Assembly (NCBI GenBank): GCA_951406725.2
Contig: OX597828.1
Location: 21,824,001-21,888,000 of the forward strand
DNA: 64,000 bases
Source of the DNA: Octopus vulgaris
Taxonomy: Eukaryota
Direction: 5' to 3'
The notes beneath the pieces are model-generated. The model saw nothing but the letters and a program-made list of their open reading frames with translations, did no database searches and was not told the origin of the DNA. Below, piece by piece: positions 1 through 16,047 of the stretch (its first letter is position 1; every line of letters begins with the position of its first letter). Made by a program: the position numbers and the translations under genes.

Positions 1-849
1 GTGGTAACAAAAGGTTCCCAGACTAGATATGCTTGATAAAAAAAAAAAAATAATAATTTTCCTACGTTTTAACGTTTTCGAAATAGCCACTTTGCGCAGC
101 AATACACCGGTGCCAACGATCCTGCCACTTTTGCAATCCGGCCTGGAAGCCATTTTCCGTAAGCGAGTCGAGGAGTTTCTGCCGTTCAGTCTGGATCTCG
201 ACAACGGTATTAAAAGAGCAATATTTAAGCTGTATTTTCATCTTGGGAAAGTGGTGGAAGTCCGTAGGTGCTAAATCTGGCGAATATGAAGTGATACTAT
301 ATTGTTTTGACGAGTGAAGAATCCTGTTCTTGGCAATCCAGAGATCTGGTCACTTTCGTCGAATGTCATCCCTCAAACGATTTAAAACGTCATAGTACAA
401 CTCTCGATTGACCTGGGATCCGAATTCTCGATGCACAATACCTCATTTCCGAGGATGACGCTCATGGCAGCTCTTCCAGATCTGTCATCATCTTTCAGGG
501 ACGTTCTTCCGGGTTTCAAGCGCCCATACCATTAGCGACGTCGCGTACGACTCATTGTTCCGTTGCCGTAAGCTTGCCGAACCGTCCCGAATATCTCTGT
601 AGCAGATCCCGCCCAAATTTTGCGTTGGCTCTTTGTTCCAACTTCCAGTCCATGACGAAATCGTACGCTACAGCATACGCGTGTTCACTAAAACACACAT
701 TTCACAATTTACGAAGAAAACACAGCAATGTCACTCGGCACACCACCTAATGAAGGTCACTGCTAGCTGTCACTGAGCATGCATCCACGTTCTGCCATCT
801 GGTGTCGCGTTACAGAACTAGTCCGTGAACGTTCTGATACCACTTCGTA
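1..849 (-). mobile_element. Internally deleted mariner-family DNA transposon remnant
   Basis: Imperfect TIRs: gtggtaacaaaaggttcccagactag at 1-26 versus the reverse complement of ~817-849. Minus strand gives a frameshifted transposase: MDWKLEQRANAKF from ATG at 653, then ...QAYGNGTMSRT..WYGRLKPGRTSLKDDDRSGR, GIVHREF and the C-terminus KWQDRWHRCIAAQSGYFE. Confidence 0.85.
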
Positions 850-2420
850 TGGATATTAGTTGCCATTTTAAAGTAAAACTGATCTGATGCTTTGTAATGA
901 TACGGCGATGATAACTAAGCATCCCACGTCTAACAACACTGGAACAAACCATTCATATGATCAAAGAAACACAGATATCCACTAACATCATAGTAAACTG
1001 AAAATTCAGCATGCGTTCTTACGGAACACTCTACTCATGGAATCATCCCCAATTAAATTTCACTCTTTTCGCCTGTATACAGAAAAGCTTACATTTTTGT
1101 CAACCACGCAGCACTTTGAAAGATCAAATACACAGAAAAATCAATCAATGGAGATTCTTCCTCTATCTGTATTCTTAGAGAAAACGAAGAGCATATCTCT
1201 TCTCTGACGTTTTAAACATTTTTCTATTTTTCTAAAGTAGTTCAAGAGCTTCTGTACCTTACACAAGGAGTCCAAGACTAGTCTTGATCAATGATAATCA
1301 TTCACAACTAAAGTCGATATTCCATCCAGAATTTGGCACTTTTTATATTTTTATTTGATAACTTATTGCTTCTAATTCAACAGAATGTTTCTGGCGGATT
1401 TTGTATTCCGGTGTTGCCAATATACTTAAAAAGTTAACATTCAAAACTCCACAAGACAATCTTAAACAGATAAACGTGACTTTAGATACGTAGGAGTAGC
1501 GAGATAAATTTCATAAAAATAGGAATTATCAGTGTAGGTCAGTAAACGTTGATGATGGAGAGATGTTATTATTATATATCGGAATCAATGCCCTGACTTT
1601 AGAAATAGACATTGAGGTAGATAACACAAAACTACGATAAATTAAAAATGTTTGGAAATTGGTTACGCAATATTATCTCTATGGCTTCAAGATGTTCCAT
1701 TATCGAAGAAGTAAATCCAACATCTAATTCTTCTTATAAAATTTTCAGTATTTTCTATTAGAATTTCATTTAGCATTTTTCTTGATGGAATAGGAGGAAA
1801 CAGGAAAAGACTCGGCAAAGAAATTCAACACAGTCTTGCTCTATAGAGAGATACTTATAAATATTTTGTGTATGGTGCCCTACTCTTGAAAGAGATACGA
1901 TAGATGTCGGTTATTACATAAAATATGTGTGAAAAGAAGGCGAAAATATAGCACTCAAGTTATAAGTTATAGTCTACTGGAATATATAGAATAACATAAC
2001 ACAATATATTTTATGGGTATGAAAATTTCAGATGCAATCACTGGGCTTCACGTTACCGGTGTTCGGATCATGCACTTGTCAACATGATAAATAAATATAT
2101 ACACAAATTAATTGAGAAGAACCTCCATAATGCCGTGCTAAAATTTGATCATTATACTCATACATGTGAGCGCAAACACACATATATTTGAAAAAATAGA
2201 TGAATAAAGATACATACGCATAGACATATATGTATCTAATACATGTGTTTATCATACGCAACGGATAAACAGAACAGAGATGCTATAGGTTTTGTTTGAA
2301 AAAAACAAACAAAAAACAACGGAGATGGTCTGTTAAAAACACGCAAGTACAATATATATCGTAGCGAGAGAAATATCTAGAAGCAACAGACCAGTAAGCT
2401 TTCCGCAATATCAGCAAATG

Positions 2421-3640
2421 TTGAAGGGAGAGTCAAAAATTATACACACCTGTTTTTTCAATATATTCATTCAAACGCAGGGGATAAACAAGTACGCCAT
2501 TTTTCTATACAGTCTCTTTCCTTTTCAGTGCACATGGTCCAGCAGTCCACATGCTTGCGTATTCCTTCTAAGAAGAAGGTGTTCGGTTGGTTGAGCAACC
2601 ATTTATGCACTGCTTCCTTCATATCTTCATCCGTAGGAAATTGACGACCTCGTAAACCCTATTTGAACGGTCCAAAGATATGATAGTAGGAAGGGGCGAG
2701 ATCTGGGCTGTAGACAGGCTGTTCTAGTACCTCAAAACCTAATTGGGTAATGGTTTCGACGGTCTGGGCAACCGTGTGTGAGTGTGCATTGTCATGCAAC
2801 AACAAACCTTTATTCGACAATAGGCTTTGGCGCTTTGGTACGAATTGCTGGCTTCAGTTTGTTGGCCAGCACAGCACTGTATCTTACACTGTTGATCGTA
2901 CACCCCTTTTCCAGGCAGTCTTCCTCTATAGGCCCTTTTGAATCCCCAAAAATGGTTTAGCATCAACTTTACTGTGGAAGATTGAGTCTTGAATTTCTTC
3001 ATTGCTGGCAAGCCAGGATGTTTGCACTCCACACTCGGTCTTTTGGATTCTACCTCAAAATGATGAACCCACGTTTCATCTCATGACTATTCTGCTCACA
3101 AATTCTTCGCCCTCATTGTGGTAGCGATCGAGTAAAAGTCGGCAGACCTCAAGGCATTTGGGCTTGTGCTCTGCAGTATGCTCTCTTGACACCGATCTGG
3201 CACAGACTTTATGGAAGCTGAGCTCACCGTGGATGATTTGAGAGGCCGAACCATGACTAATCTGCAGAGAACGAGATACTTCATCAATGATAATTCGCCG
3301 GTTCACCATTACCATCTCTCGAGATTACTGAATCTTCTCGTCAACGGTGAAGGTTGACGCGGGTACTCGAATGACGTTTAATGTCTCCGATATCAGCCCC
3401 TGACACACCTTCCGACCAGAGAAATCGGATTACAGCTCTTTGTTCTTCTTTGGTGCACATTACTAGTGGAGCCGCCATACTTACAGTTTAAAACCAGAAA
3501 GAAAAAATGGCGCGAATAGGCTCGAACTGCGATCTCGCGACCACAGTAGTACCAACTATACGCTCACATGCACAGAAGGCAGTGTGGCAATAATAAATAT
3601 TTGTTATGGCGTAAGGGATCATTTTTGAATTCCACTCGTA
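2421..3640 (-). mobile_element. Near full-length decayed mariner transposon (transposase pseudogene)
   Basis: Minus-strand fragments MAAPLV../TKEEQRAVIRFLWSEGV, HGELSFHKVCARSVSREHTAEHK (decayed WVPREL) and YSPDLAP at ~2692-2712; degenerate TIRs at both ends; many frameshifts and stops. Confidence 0.9.
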
Positions 3641-3907
3641 TTATTCGCTACACGTTATCTATAGTTATCAAATAAAAGGCAACAATGTAGATGTCATTAA
3701 CAAGCCTTAGAAAAGCAGAATGTATCTGACATACCCGCGATATCGCTTCTTTAATAATAATGCCTTTTTATCATACGTCTATGAAGAAATTTTCTCTAAG
3801 ACAAATTCCACAGCGTCATACTCGTCAATAATGTACATATCCTAAGTTTGATATACAGATGTCGTTTATAATTTAATGCTATTTCAATTCTGTACATCAA
3901 GAATGAG

Positions 3908-4304
<397 letters not shown>

Positions 4305-4327
4305 TTATATGTATATATGTTCGTACG

Positions 4328-4675
<348 letters not shown>

Positions 4676-4676
<1 letters not shown>

Positions 4677-4821
4677 AGACATATGCACATTTCTTGAAAA
4701 CATAGTAACGCTTGGGACATATGTATGTGTGCCTGAGTTTTTTTTTTGTGTGTGTGTGTCATATATATATATATATATGAATAGACACACACACAAAAAA
4801 AAAGCTGTGTGTGTGTGTGTG

Positions 4822-4856
<35 letters not shown>

Positions 4857-4937
4857 TAGAAACACACACAAAAAACTCAGGCACACATACATATGTCCCA
4901 AGTGTTACTATGTTTTCCAGAAATGTGCATATGTCTA
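4676..4937. repeat. Foldback/MITE-like inverted repeat, ~85-bp arms around a microsatellite spacer
   Basis: tagacatatgcacatttcttgaaaacatagtaacgcttgggacatatgtatgtgtgcctgagttt... is nearly the reverse complement of 4858-4937. Confidence 0.85.
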
Positions 4938-5504
4938 ATTCGATTAGAACCTAGAAATCTATAATACGGAGTTATATTGTAACAATTTCAGAGATTTGTT
5001 TCATCATTTACATGACATTTAGACCTCAGAGTCGAAGTATTTAAATTATAAAAATGAAATCACTATAAAATTAAAACTGATTAAATCATACCCCTTTTCT
5101 TAGAGAGAAACATCGTATGTTATTCTTGGAATGAAACCATTAAAAACGATAAATGGATCTTTTCCAGTCCACCAAATCATAAATAAGCTGGTTTTATTGT
5201 CATGCAGAACCCAATGAAGAATTCCCAGTGCTTCGCTTTGCCTTGCTCTAAGGCGTAACAGTACAATACATTTGTACGACCAAAGACTACCTGAAATGAA
5301 CATTCCGCATGCACTCTGGTTGTCGCAACTCTAGTCAGGTTAGGGAGAATTGTCTGAGTAGTTACGTTTAAATTTATGCGTCTTTCATAACGGTTTTATA
5401 ACACTTATCTTGTGTCTCCAATTCGATACATACCTGCATACGTATGAAGAAACAAATATACATACATACATTTATAAGTGTATACATACTACATATATAA
5501 ACGC

Positions 5505-5576
<72 letters not shown>

Positions 5577-5607
5577 GTATAGATAAATAGATACATATAC
5601 TGATATG

Positions 5608-5629
<22 letters not shown>

Positions 5630-5638
<9 letters not shown>

Positions 5639-5725
5639 TTATATATATAAACATATTTATATGTGTCAACCATATATACACACGTATTAACTTTATGTCT
5701 GTGTGTGGGTATATATAAGTAAATA

Positions 5726-5771
<46 letters not shown>

Positions 5772-5973
5772 CATATATATATATATATGCATATATGATT
5801 ACATGTATATACACGTATATATGTATATTATGTATAGTTCTTGCCACTAGTAATGGTATTTTAATAATGCTATCGCTCCTATATTTTCTTATATATATCC
5901 ACACACAGACATAAATTTAATACGTGTGTATATATATGACACATATATAAATATGTTTATATATACAAGTGTA

Positions 5974-6015
<42 letters not shown>

Positions 6016-6213
6016 CATATATATATATATATGCATATATGATACATGTATATACACGTATATATGTATATTATGTATAGTTCTTGCCACTAGTAATGGT
6101 ATTTTAATAATGCTATCGCTCCTATATTTTCTTATATATATCCACACACAGACATAAATTTAATACGTGTGTATATATGGTTGACACATATATAAATATG
6201 TTTATATATACAA

Positions 6214-6220
<7 letters not shown>
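5630..6220. repeat. Local ~243-bp tandem duplication plus a ~95-bp inverted copy
   Basis: 5730-5975 is repeated at 5975-6220; 5630-5727 is the reverse complement of 6124-6220. Confidence 0.85.
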
Positions 6221-6277
<57 letters not shown>

Positions 6278-6900
6278 ATATAATATAATATAATATAATA
6301 TAATACAATATAATATAATATACGAAAGCCATGCTCATAATAGAACAATGAATAAATAAATGAATTAATGATCGCAAGAATGAACGAATGAACGAACGAA
6401 TGAGTATTCTACAAAACAATTCGAAACGATTATTCGAAAGAAACGAATAAACAAACATGTCCGCCCTTGAGATTGCCAATAACTGCAAACAGACAACGAA
6501 CCCTTTTGTAGTTGCATTATTTGAGTAAGAGCGTTGCACGACTAAAGAAATCTATATAAGCAGACGATACTAGAAGATAGCAGACGATAGCATAGACGGT
6601 AGCATACGATGGATGCTAAGAATCATTCTGACGCTAAATTCAGCCATCTAAATTAGTATTTCATTGTATTACTAGGAATGGTAACTTACTTCCTGTGCTT
6701 CACAGATTAATGTTGATCTCGCAAATTACGCAGCTCGGCTAATACGCCGACATTTTCTGATAAAGGCAATATTTAATATCAATGGCGAGATTTGCTGACG
6801 TAAGACAAGAGAAAGGTGTTTGGAAGGGAGATGAGTGAATGCAGGAAGTGAAAAGACAAAAGGGGCAAGAAATGGAGAATGGAAGAGTGAGATTGTGTCC

Positions 6901-6921
6901 GTATGTATGTATGTATGTATG

Positions 6922-6955
<34 letters not shown>

Positions 6956-6985
6956 TGTATGTATGTATGTATGTATGTATGTATG

Positions 6986-7020
<35 letters not shown>

Positions 7021-7565
7021 GACTGTGAATGTATATATGAACATAGCGGAGGTTATGCGCGTGTGAGTTTGTGTATGCATCTGAATGGGAGATGGATAGA
7101 GAGAAGAATAACTAAGGGAAACAGAAAGAATTAAATTGTCAGAAAGAATGGTGGAGAGATTGGGAGGGGCGGAGGGAGAGGGAGAGAGAGAGAGAAAGAA
7201 AGAAAAAGATAGAGAAAGAGCGAGAGCGAGAGAGAGTATTAGAGAAAGGAGAAGGGATTTCAGAAAGAAAAGGAGTAGAAGTAGAAACAAATGAGAGATT
7301 AGTAATCGCCGTAATAGCAAAAACGAGGAAAAGAAATTAGTAACAAAAGAAAGGAGAATGCAGAAAGAGAGCGAGAGATAGAGAGACAGAGACAGGCAGA
7401 CAGAGAGGCAGGGAGGGAGAGAGAGAGAGACAGACAGAGACAGAGACAGACAGAAGTAGAGGTAGAAAATGAGAGAGACAGATAAAGAGAGAAAGAGAGA
7501 GATAACAGAGTGTAAACGTAGAAATGTTAAAGTAATAAAAGAGATAGATAGATAGACAGACAGAC

Positions 7566-7624
<59 letters not shown>

Positions 7625-7638
7625 TAGATAGATAGATG

Positions 7639-7673
<35 letters not shown>

Positions 7674-7686
7674 CAATAGATAGATG

Positions 7687-7781
<95 letters not shown>

Positions 7782-8135
7782 GGATAGATGAACTGATAGA
7801 AAAAGCGAGGATGTGAGAATAGGAAGAATAACAAGATAAAGAATTTGGAAGAGTGCAGGAAACTATAAAAAGAAAGGTAAATAAGAAAGACAGACAGACA
7901 GACAGAGGCAAAGAAAGAGTGACAAGGTGAAGAGAAAGAAATGTTAGAAGTGAGAAAGCGAGAAAGAGAGAACGCAGGAAAGAAAAACGAGGAAGCACAC
8001 GGAGAGCATATATATATATAAATACATACATACATACATATATATTTACATATATTATAAGACAAGACAGTGACAGAGAGAGCGAGAACGGGAGCAAAAT
8101 AAATGGGAATGTGAGAGATCGGAAAGAAAAGGATG

Positions 8136-8188
<53 letters not shown>

Positions 8189-8334
8189 ATATAAAGAAAG
8201 ACAGTGAGTGAAAGAGAGAGAACGAATGAATGCAGCAAAATAAACGGGTGAGAAATAGAGCAATGAGAAAAAGAATACATACACACACACACGCATGCAT
8301 GCCAACACACACACACACATACACACACACATAC

Positions 8335-8365
<31 letters not shown>

Positions 8366-9155
8366 TATATAAAGATAGAAAGAGTGAGATTGATAGATAG
8401 ACTAGAGAAGTGGAAGAAGAAAAGGAAAACAGAGAGAAAATTGAAAATAGAGAGAAAAAGAGAATGAGAGAGAGAGAGAGAGAGAGAGAGAGTGAGAGAG
8501 AAAGAGAATGAAAAGAGAATGAGGAGAGAATAAAGGAAGCGGCGGAGTGTAAGAGTGTTTCATCAATGATCAAACTTCATTGGAAATACTCGTATCACCT
8601 TTCTTGGCCTTTCTGGCTTTATTGATGAAAATTTCTTGAGCAAATGAATAGGACTTTGATGCCTTTGGCACAAATAGCAATATGTCAGCCCCCAACCCTA
8701 CCCTCATCGACTCACTCGTTCACCCCACCCCCTCCTCCTCCTCCTCCTCCTCCTCCTCCTCCTCCTCAGTCTTCTTCTTCTTCTTCTTCTTCTTCTTACC
8801 AATCTTCTCTGAAAACAAACCAAACGTCTTGGAATTCTCTAAACTAACCTTCACCATCTCGTCTTTCTTCTTCTTCTTCTTCTTCTTCTTCTTCTTCTTC
8901 TTCTTCTTCTTCTTCTTCTTCTTCTTCTTCTTCTTCTTCTTTTTTCTAGCTTTTTTCTTTTTCTTCTCGTTCTTCCTCATTTTCCAAATTCCTAATTTTT
9001 ACTTTTTTTTTGTTACTATTTTTCATGTATTTTATTTTTGTTTATTTTTCTTTAGATTTATGTTTATATTTTATAGTATTTATTTAAATTGTATTTGTAT
9101 TTAATTTTTGTTTGTTTACTTGTTTTATCACTATTATCATTATCATTATTAATAC

Positions 9156-9207
<52 letters not shown>

Positions 9208-9572
9208 GTTGTTGTTGTTGTTGTTGTTGTTGTTATTACTTATTTTTTATGTTTTGATTCGATTTGTTATTGGTTTTCTTATTTATATTTTGACTTGTTA
9301 TATTTATTATCGTTGTAACTTCTTATGTAATTAATTTATGTTCGCGCCACTTCTGTTGTTGTTGTTGTTGTTATTGCTGTTTTCTATATTGTTTTTTTGT
9401 TCTTGTTTTATATGGTTTTTATTTGTTGTTATTACCGTACGTTGTTGTGGTTCTCGGCAGGCATTGTTGCTAATGCGTTGTTAATGTGTAGTTAATGTTG
9501 TTGTTATTGTCGAAGTACTTCCTGCTTTTCGGGGGGGACTTTTGTTGTTATTGTCTATCAATGTTGTTGCTG

Positions 9573-9627
<55 letters not shown>

Positions 9628-9710
9628 TATCATCATCATCATCATCACCGTTGTCAACGTCGTCGTCGTCGTAGTCATCGTCGTTATCATCGTCATTGTC
9701 GTCGTCGTTG
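6901..9710. repeat. Compound microsatellite/low-complexity field: (TATG)n, GA-rich, (GATA)n, (CCT)n, (CTT)n, (ATT)n, (GTT)n, (CAT)n
   Basis: Directly visible simple repeats; source of the 529-aa and 229-aa artefact ORFs. Confidence 0.95.
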
Positions 9711-10652
9711 TTTTTGTTAGTTTTGCTTTTATTGTTCTAATTCCTCTCGTTCTCATTATTGGCGTTGCAGTGGTTTCTTTTCACGCCTTTTGTTCCTCGC
9801 ACAGGCTAACTGACACGACTCACTGACAAAAGCTGGACAACGCTGTCTTGAAAATTGCAATAATTGGAACACAACGTGAAAATGATAAATTTCCCGCTCT
9901 TTCATCCCACCTTACTTATTTACTCCTCTGTAAAAGAATTTCTTATTAGTTCGAACGCCATTCGAGCAATACTTAAGCAATGCAATGTAGCGCAGTGTTT
10001 ATAGACAAACGACGCCATTTTCATTTCAACATTTTCCGTCTTTCTTCCTTTCTTTACTTATTTCTCCTTTCTTCTTCATTTTCTTTATGTCACCTAAAGT
10101 TCAGACCAGAGGTCTTGATCATATGGTCATTCTTTACTTCTCGTCCATTGAACTTGTTGCTTATTTGAAATTTCGTTGACCAATTAAGCCCAGCCTTCAC
10201 CCAACAATCTTTTGTTGGATTCAGATTGCTAAATATTATATAGGAACAGCGTTGCAAATTAGCTCTTTAGTTAACCATCTTGCTTGTCCTATACAGGATA
10301 AATCAAGAGGCAATATTTACATCTGGTAGTCTGAAGTTCGGTACAGTTATATTAATATATATCATAATAATGAGACGTACGTGAATTTTACGCACTACGA
10401 TAAATGAATAAATACCTAACGTTTGGATATTCAAATACATATTCATAAAAACATAAACGCATACACACAGGGACACACAGGGACACACGCACATATATAT
10501 GCAAGTATGTATGTATGTATGTATGTATGTATGTATGTATGTATGTATGTATGTATGTATGTATGCATATATGTATGTGTGTATGTATGTATGTATGTGT
10601 GTATATATGTATGTATGTATATATATATATATATATATAAGGGTATATACAT

Positions 10653-10685
<33 letters not shown>

Positions 10686-10812
10686 GGTATATACACAAAG
10701 ACAAACATGTATAGATGAAATTTCGTCTCTACCTTTATATGTATATATGTTATGTATATATGTAATTGTATCGAAGTACAGGCATATATATATATTATAT
10801 ATATATATATAT

Positions 10813-10857
<45 letters not shown>

Positions 10858-10997
10858 GAATATATATGCATATATATATATGTATATATATATATAAATA
10901 TATATATAAATTATCTATGACATATACATATATGCTTATGCTTGTGTGTGTTGGACACAGCTCTTTCATGCGCATATATTTATATACAAATGTATAT

Positions 10998-11043
<46 letters not shown>

Positions 11044-11157
11044 GTATGTGTGTAAGTATATCAGTGGTTGTATATAAATTAACAGAGACGCGTATGCCTT
11101 TATATACACATACTCACGCGCGCACACACATACATATATGACCAGATAAACATATAA

Positions 11158-11198
<41 letters not shown>

Positions 11199-12256
11199 AA
11201 CACATATATTTGTAATGTTGCAGCATCAGTTATTATGATATTACAATAACGTCTATGAATACATTTAAATGGACTTGAATGGACTTGAACGTAAAGATCT
11301 GTATGAATAAGATATATATGAGAAATTGATTCATATAAAATGGCGGTCCGGATTCTATCAAATAGATTGTGTGCACTCCTATATTAAACTTATGTATATA
11401 TGACAACGTGTGCATACGTGTATGAGTTGGACGTGATATCGTGATATTACATCTTGTGTTGTTATAATATACCAATTACTATTAGTCCAGGGGTATATGA
11501 GTTAAATCTGTAGATACGGTTTTTCGTCCGATACATCGAGGAATTATTTAACGTGTTCATCCTCTACGAACAACGGATGTTTGATGCTGAAGTACTTTAA
11601 GCACGCCGGGCGAAACGCTTAGTGGTAATTCGCCTTAACGTTGTGAGTTCAATTTCCACCGATATCAACTTTGCGTTTCATCCTTTTAGGGTCGAAATAT
11701 TAAGTACCAATTGTTACCGGGGCCGATCTAATCCCCAAAAAGTTCAGGCTTTGTGCTTAGAGTACAAAATTTCTCAATATATGTGTTTAACTTATTAATT
11801 GTACCTGCTTCTTTTGCTATTGTAAGTTCGCCATTAACCGAGTGGTTAATATATATGTATATATATATATATGTATACATACAAAATTTAGAGGATTGAC
11901 CACTAAAAGTGGACAGCCTGTATGCTAGATATAGACGTCAAAATCGCCATTTTCCACAGAGAATGTGTTCTCAAGAAAAAATTCAGCAAAAACCAAAGCG
12001 TAATAATAAGCAAGACAAATGAAAATATACGAAATAAAAAAAACGATTACCTATGTACTAATTATTTTTACTTGTTAATAATTTACGTATATGAATACAT
12101 AAACATCTGCAAGATCATCAGCATAGTCTGTCGTTTACGAAACACAATTTCTAGAACTAGATACAGGGCGCTCGAACGAAATCCAGCATTGTATAATGCT
12201 CCACAAATTATATTTATGTGTATCCTTCAAATGCCTTCACCTTATTTCTACCCTTA

Positions 12257-12347
<91 letters not shown>

Positions 12348-12694
12348 GTATATATGTATATATGTATGTATGTATGTATGTTTTTGCTATCGCTCATTCA
12401 CTAGCTATTGAGTTAGTGAAGGTGGTATTTTTCGCTAATATTTTAATCTAGCAAAAAAATATCTATTTTACCTACAGGAATATATAACTATATAGATGTC
12501 CACTCCTCGATATCTGGTCTCCTGTATCCATGACTCAAGGTTAACAAGTTTTATCCTTTTTCTCTCGCTCGTTCTTTCTTTTTGCTTTTCTTTCTTTTAT
12601 TATGTCTTTCTTTATCTCTCTCTCTCTGTCTCCCTCTCTTCTCTCTAGCTATTTTATTACTTACAAACGCCATTTGCAGCTAATCGTCTATACA

Positions 12695-12926
12695 TATTTC
12701 TTTACTACCCACAAGGAGCTAAACATAGAGGGGACAAACAAGGACATACAAAGGGATTAAGTCGATTACATCGACCTAGTGCGAAACTGGCGCTTTATTT
12801 ATCGACCCCGAAAGGATGAAAGCCAAAGTTGACCTCGGCGGAATTTGAACTCAGAACGTAAAGACAAGCGAAATACCTATAAGCATTTCGCCCAGCGTGC
12901 TAACGTTTCTGCCAGCTCGCCGCCTT
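12695..12926 (-). mobile_element. tRNA-derived SINE with Nin-like central domain
   Basis: Head aaggcggcgagctggcagaaacgttagc, B-box-like gagttcaaattcc, and central gctttcatcctttcggggtcgataaa; many copies in this window. Confidence 0.8.
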
Positions 12927-13010
12927 CATCTATATATATACATATAATCATCTATATATACATACACATACTTGCCGATAAGACGCCTATATACTTCTCA
13001 GAGTACATCA

Positions 13011-14187
13011 TACGAAGTGCATTCCAGAAGGTGGTAAACCTTTTGTATTTAGGAGATGCAGTTAAAACTATCCTACATTACTATAGTTTTAGTATATCAT
13101 ACCATACGTCTAATAAGTTGACCTGTTATCTTTTGATATTCGAGATTACGACAGACGGCTGTAACTACTTTCAATATATTCTTGTAAACACAGTCTGTCA
13201 GCTAATATGTTGGTCCTAGTGTAAGGGAGGTTTAGAAGCTCGTGATGCAATAAAGGATTGTGTTAAACTTGACAAAACTCTACAGAGACTTGTGAAATTC
13301 TTCAGAAGGTTACGGATTGCCTCTTTCACTGGCACAAGAGGATCAAAGATGGCAGTGAGATAGGAAACAACGAGAGGTAACGGCGGGAGGGTTACGGGAG
13401 AAGGTAAGACCTGGTTGAGAAAAGTAAGCAATTTTCTGGATTCAGGCCATTATGTGTCTATAGAGACAATAAACATACATTGTGGATTTAGTGCAGCAAA
13501 TATACACAAAATTAAGATCTAATTATGCGTAAAATTCGTGAAAGGTTTGTTCCCAGGGTTACTTAGTGACGAGCATCCTCGTAATCAACTTCATGGCAGA
13601 GATTGTATAGGTAAAGTAAAGGTAAAATAGGGTAATGTTGACCTCTTGAGTCAGACCGGATCATAAGGGCCGGTCCTTCGGTCCATGGCGTTTATATTCC
13701 CTCACCTGGACAGGATACCGGTCTGTTGCAGGATTACACATCTTTGCTAGAAGACTGGACTGGAGGAACATGATATAAAGTGTTTTGCTCAAGAACACAA
13801 CGCGTCACTCTGTCCAAGAATCCAAACCACAGTCTTACGATCATAAGTCCAACACCCGAACCACTAAGCTACCTGGCAGAGATGAGCATCTAAAGTTTCT
13901 CTCATCCGCTCTATAGTCCAGATCTTGCACCTTTTGACTTTCTGTTGTTTCCCAGGATGAAGGAGAATCTCGTGGGCTGTTGTTTTGAGGATGCTGGAGA
14001 CTGAGACTTGGGTCCAGGACAGCTAAACTTTGGAAGAATTCCAATAGGAATTTTATGCGGCTGCAAGCGTTACAACAACCGCATTGAAGTAAGAGGATCT
14101 TTCCTGGTCCGCGATTAGAGTTTTATGTTTCTTTGAGATTAATGCCTCTCCTGAAAACGTCTGGAAACTTAAGGAATCCACCTTGTA
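13011..14187 (+). mobile_element. Decayed mariner remnant interrupted by a SINE
   Basis: MRKIRERFVPR (WVPR-like) at ~13525-13560 and HPLYSPDLAPFDFLLFPRMKENL at ~13903-13970; degenerate TIRs near 13011 and 14153-14187. Confidence 0.75.
13620..13870 (-). mobile_element. tRNA-derived SINE (tgtgttcttgagcaa..acactttat family, V-domain-like 3' part)
   Basis: Shares its core with copies at 16984-17236, 18482-18616 and 52940-53300. Confidence 0.65.
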
Positions 14188-14667
14188 ATTAATAGTCTTT
14201 GGGAAGACATTGCTTATCAAGAGGTTCTCAATAGATATTCATGCAACTTGTAATTATTTGAATTCACGGAAAATTTATACGCAGAGAAAGAATAGATACG
14301 CCAAAGTTATTTTCAAATTCAAAGATATATCTGAATCTTACATAAGGTTACAGAAATATGTTGTGATCTTATATTGTAGTAACTGACCGACTGCAGAATG
14401 ACCTTTTTCATGTCGCTCCAGTCCAGTCTACGAAAAGCAGTGAAAAATTAAAGAAACGAACGAATTTCTTCTGCGAATAGATTTGTCGTGTGGCATTGAA
14501 TATGAACTGCCGGGAACGGTCAAATATGTCGATAGACAGATACATTTAAACGGCACCTGATGATGAACATACCATACAAGATAAAAGAGATATCTAAAAG
14601 CACAATTCTAATTGGAACGGAAATTCTTGACCCGCACAAAATACAATTTGAAAGCTAAAACTTGGCA

Positions 14668-15166
<499 letters not shown>

Positions 15167-15168
<2 letters not shown>

Positions 15169-15740
15169 GACGGCGAACTAGCAAAATCGTTAGCATGCCG
15201 GACAAAATCCTTAGTAACATTTCGTCCGTCTTTAAGTTTCGTGTTCAAATTCCTTTGAGGTCGATTGAATTTTTCCTTGTTTCGAGGACGATGAAACAGG
15301 CTCCATTCAGGGATTCGGGTCGACTTAATCGACCTGCCCTCACCCTAAACCTTCCCAAAAATTTCAGTCCTTGTTTCCATAACAGAAAAGATTATTAAAG
15401 CGGCAAGCTTCTAAAATCTTAAGCCCGTAGGGAAAAATACTTATCGGCAATCCGTCCGTCTTTACATGCCGTGTTCGAAATCCGCTGAGCTCCTCTTTGT
15501 CTTGCATTGTTTTGGTGTCGAGAAAATAATTCCCCGTTGAGCAATGGGCTCACTGTCTTTCCCGTAATTGATAGCCTTGTGTCAAAAGTTGAACCCTATC
15601 TTACTAAGAAGGTGAGCCAACAGGATCGCTAAGGTGTTCGAAAACATGACTTGTGATATTTCTTTTACCAATTCATGTTTTGAATTTAAACAGCACAGAC
15701 ATCATCAGTGCCTTTCATTCCTCCGGTGGTAATAAAAAAT
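15167..15740 (+). mobile_element. Head-to-tail array of ~3 degenerate Nin-like SINE copies
   Basis: Repeated head 'aag(g)cgg..agct..cagaatcgttagc' and gcctttcattcc-like core starting near 15167, 15397 and 15605. Confidence 0.65.
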
Positions 15741-15741
15741 G

Positions 15742-16047
15742 TTGTTGTTTGTTCCTTCGCAAGCCACGTCTGGCTCATAGGGCCGGTTTCTCGGTTTCCT
15801 TGGCGTATAGGTTCCCCCCACTGGACGGGACGCCGGTCCGTCGCAGGTGAGCTGCAAGATGCAGGAGGAAAGTGCGAGAGAAAGTTGTGGCGAAAAGTCA
15901 GCAGAGGTTTGCCATTACCTTCTGCCGGAGCCGCGTGGAGCGTAGGTGTTTCGCTCATAAACACACACATCGCCCGGGCTGGGATTCGAACTCGTGATCC
16001 CTCGACCGCGAGTCTGCTGCTCTAACCACTAGGCCATATGCCTCCAC
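15742..16047 (-). mobile_element. tRNA-derived SINE with V-domain-like segment
   Basis: A box TGGCCTAGTGG, B box GAGTTCGAATCC, internal cctgcgacggaccggcgtcccgtccag, (AAC)n tail. Confidence 0.8.

Noticed and set aside
6739-8362. Long ORFs of 529 aa and 229 aa, and the many [12 protein letters not shown] ORFs across the window
   Set aside because: Translations of stop-free microsatellites with no domain-like sequence.
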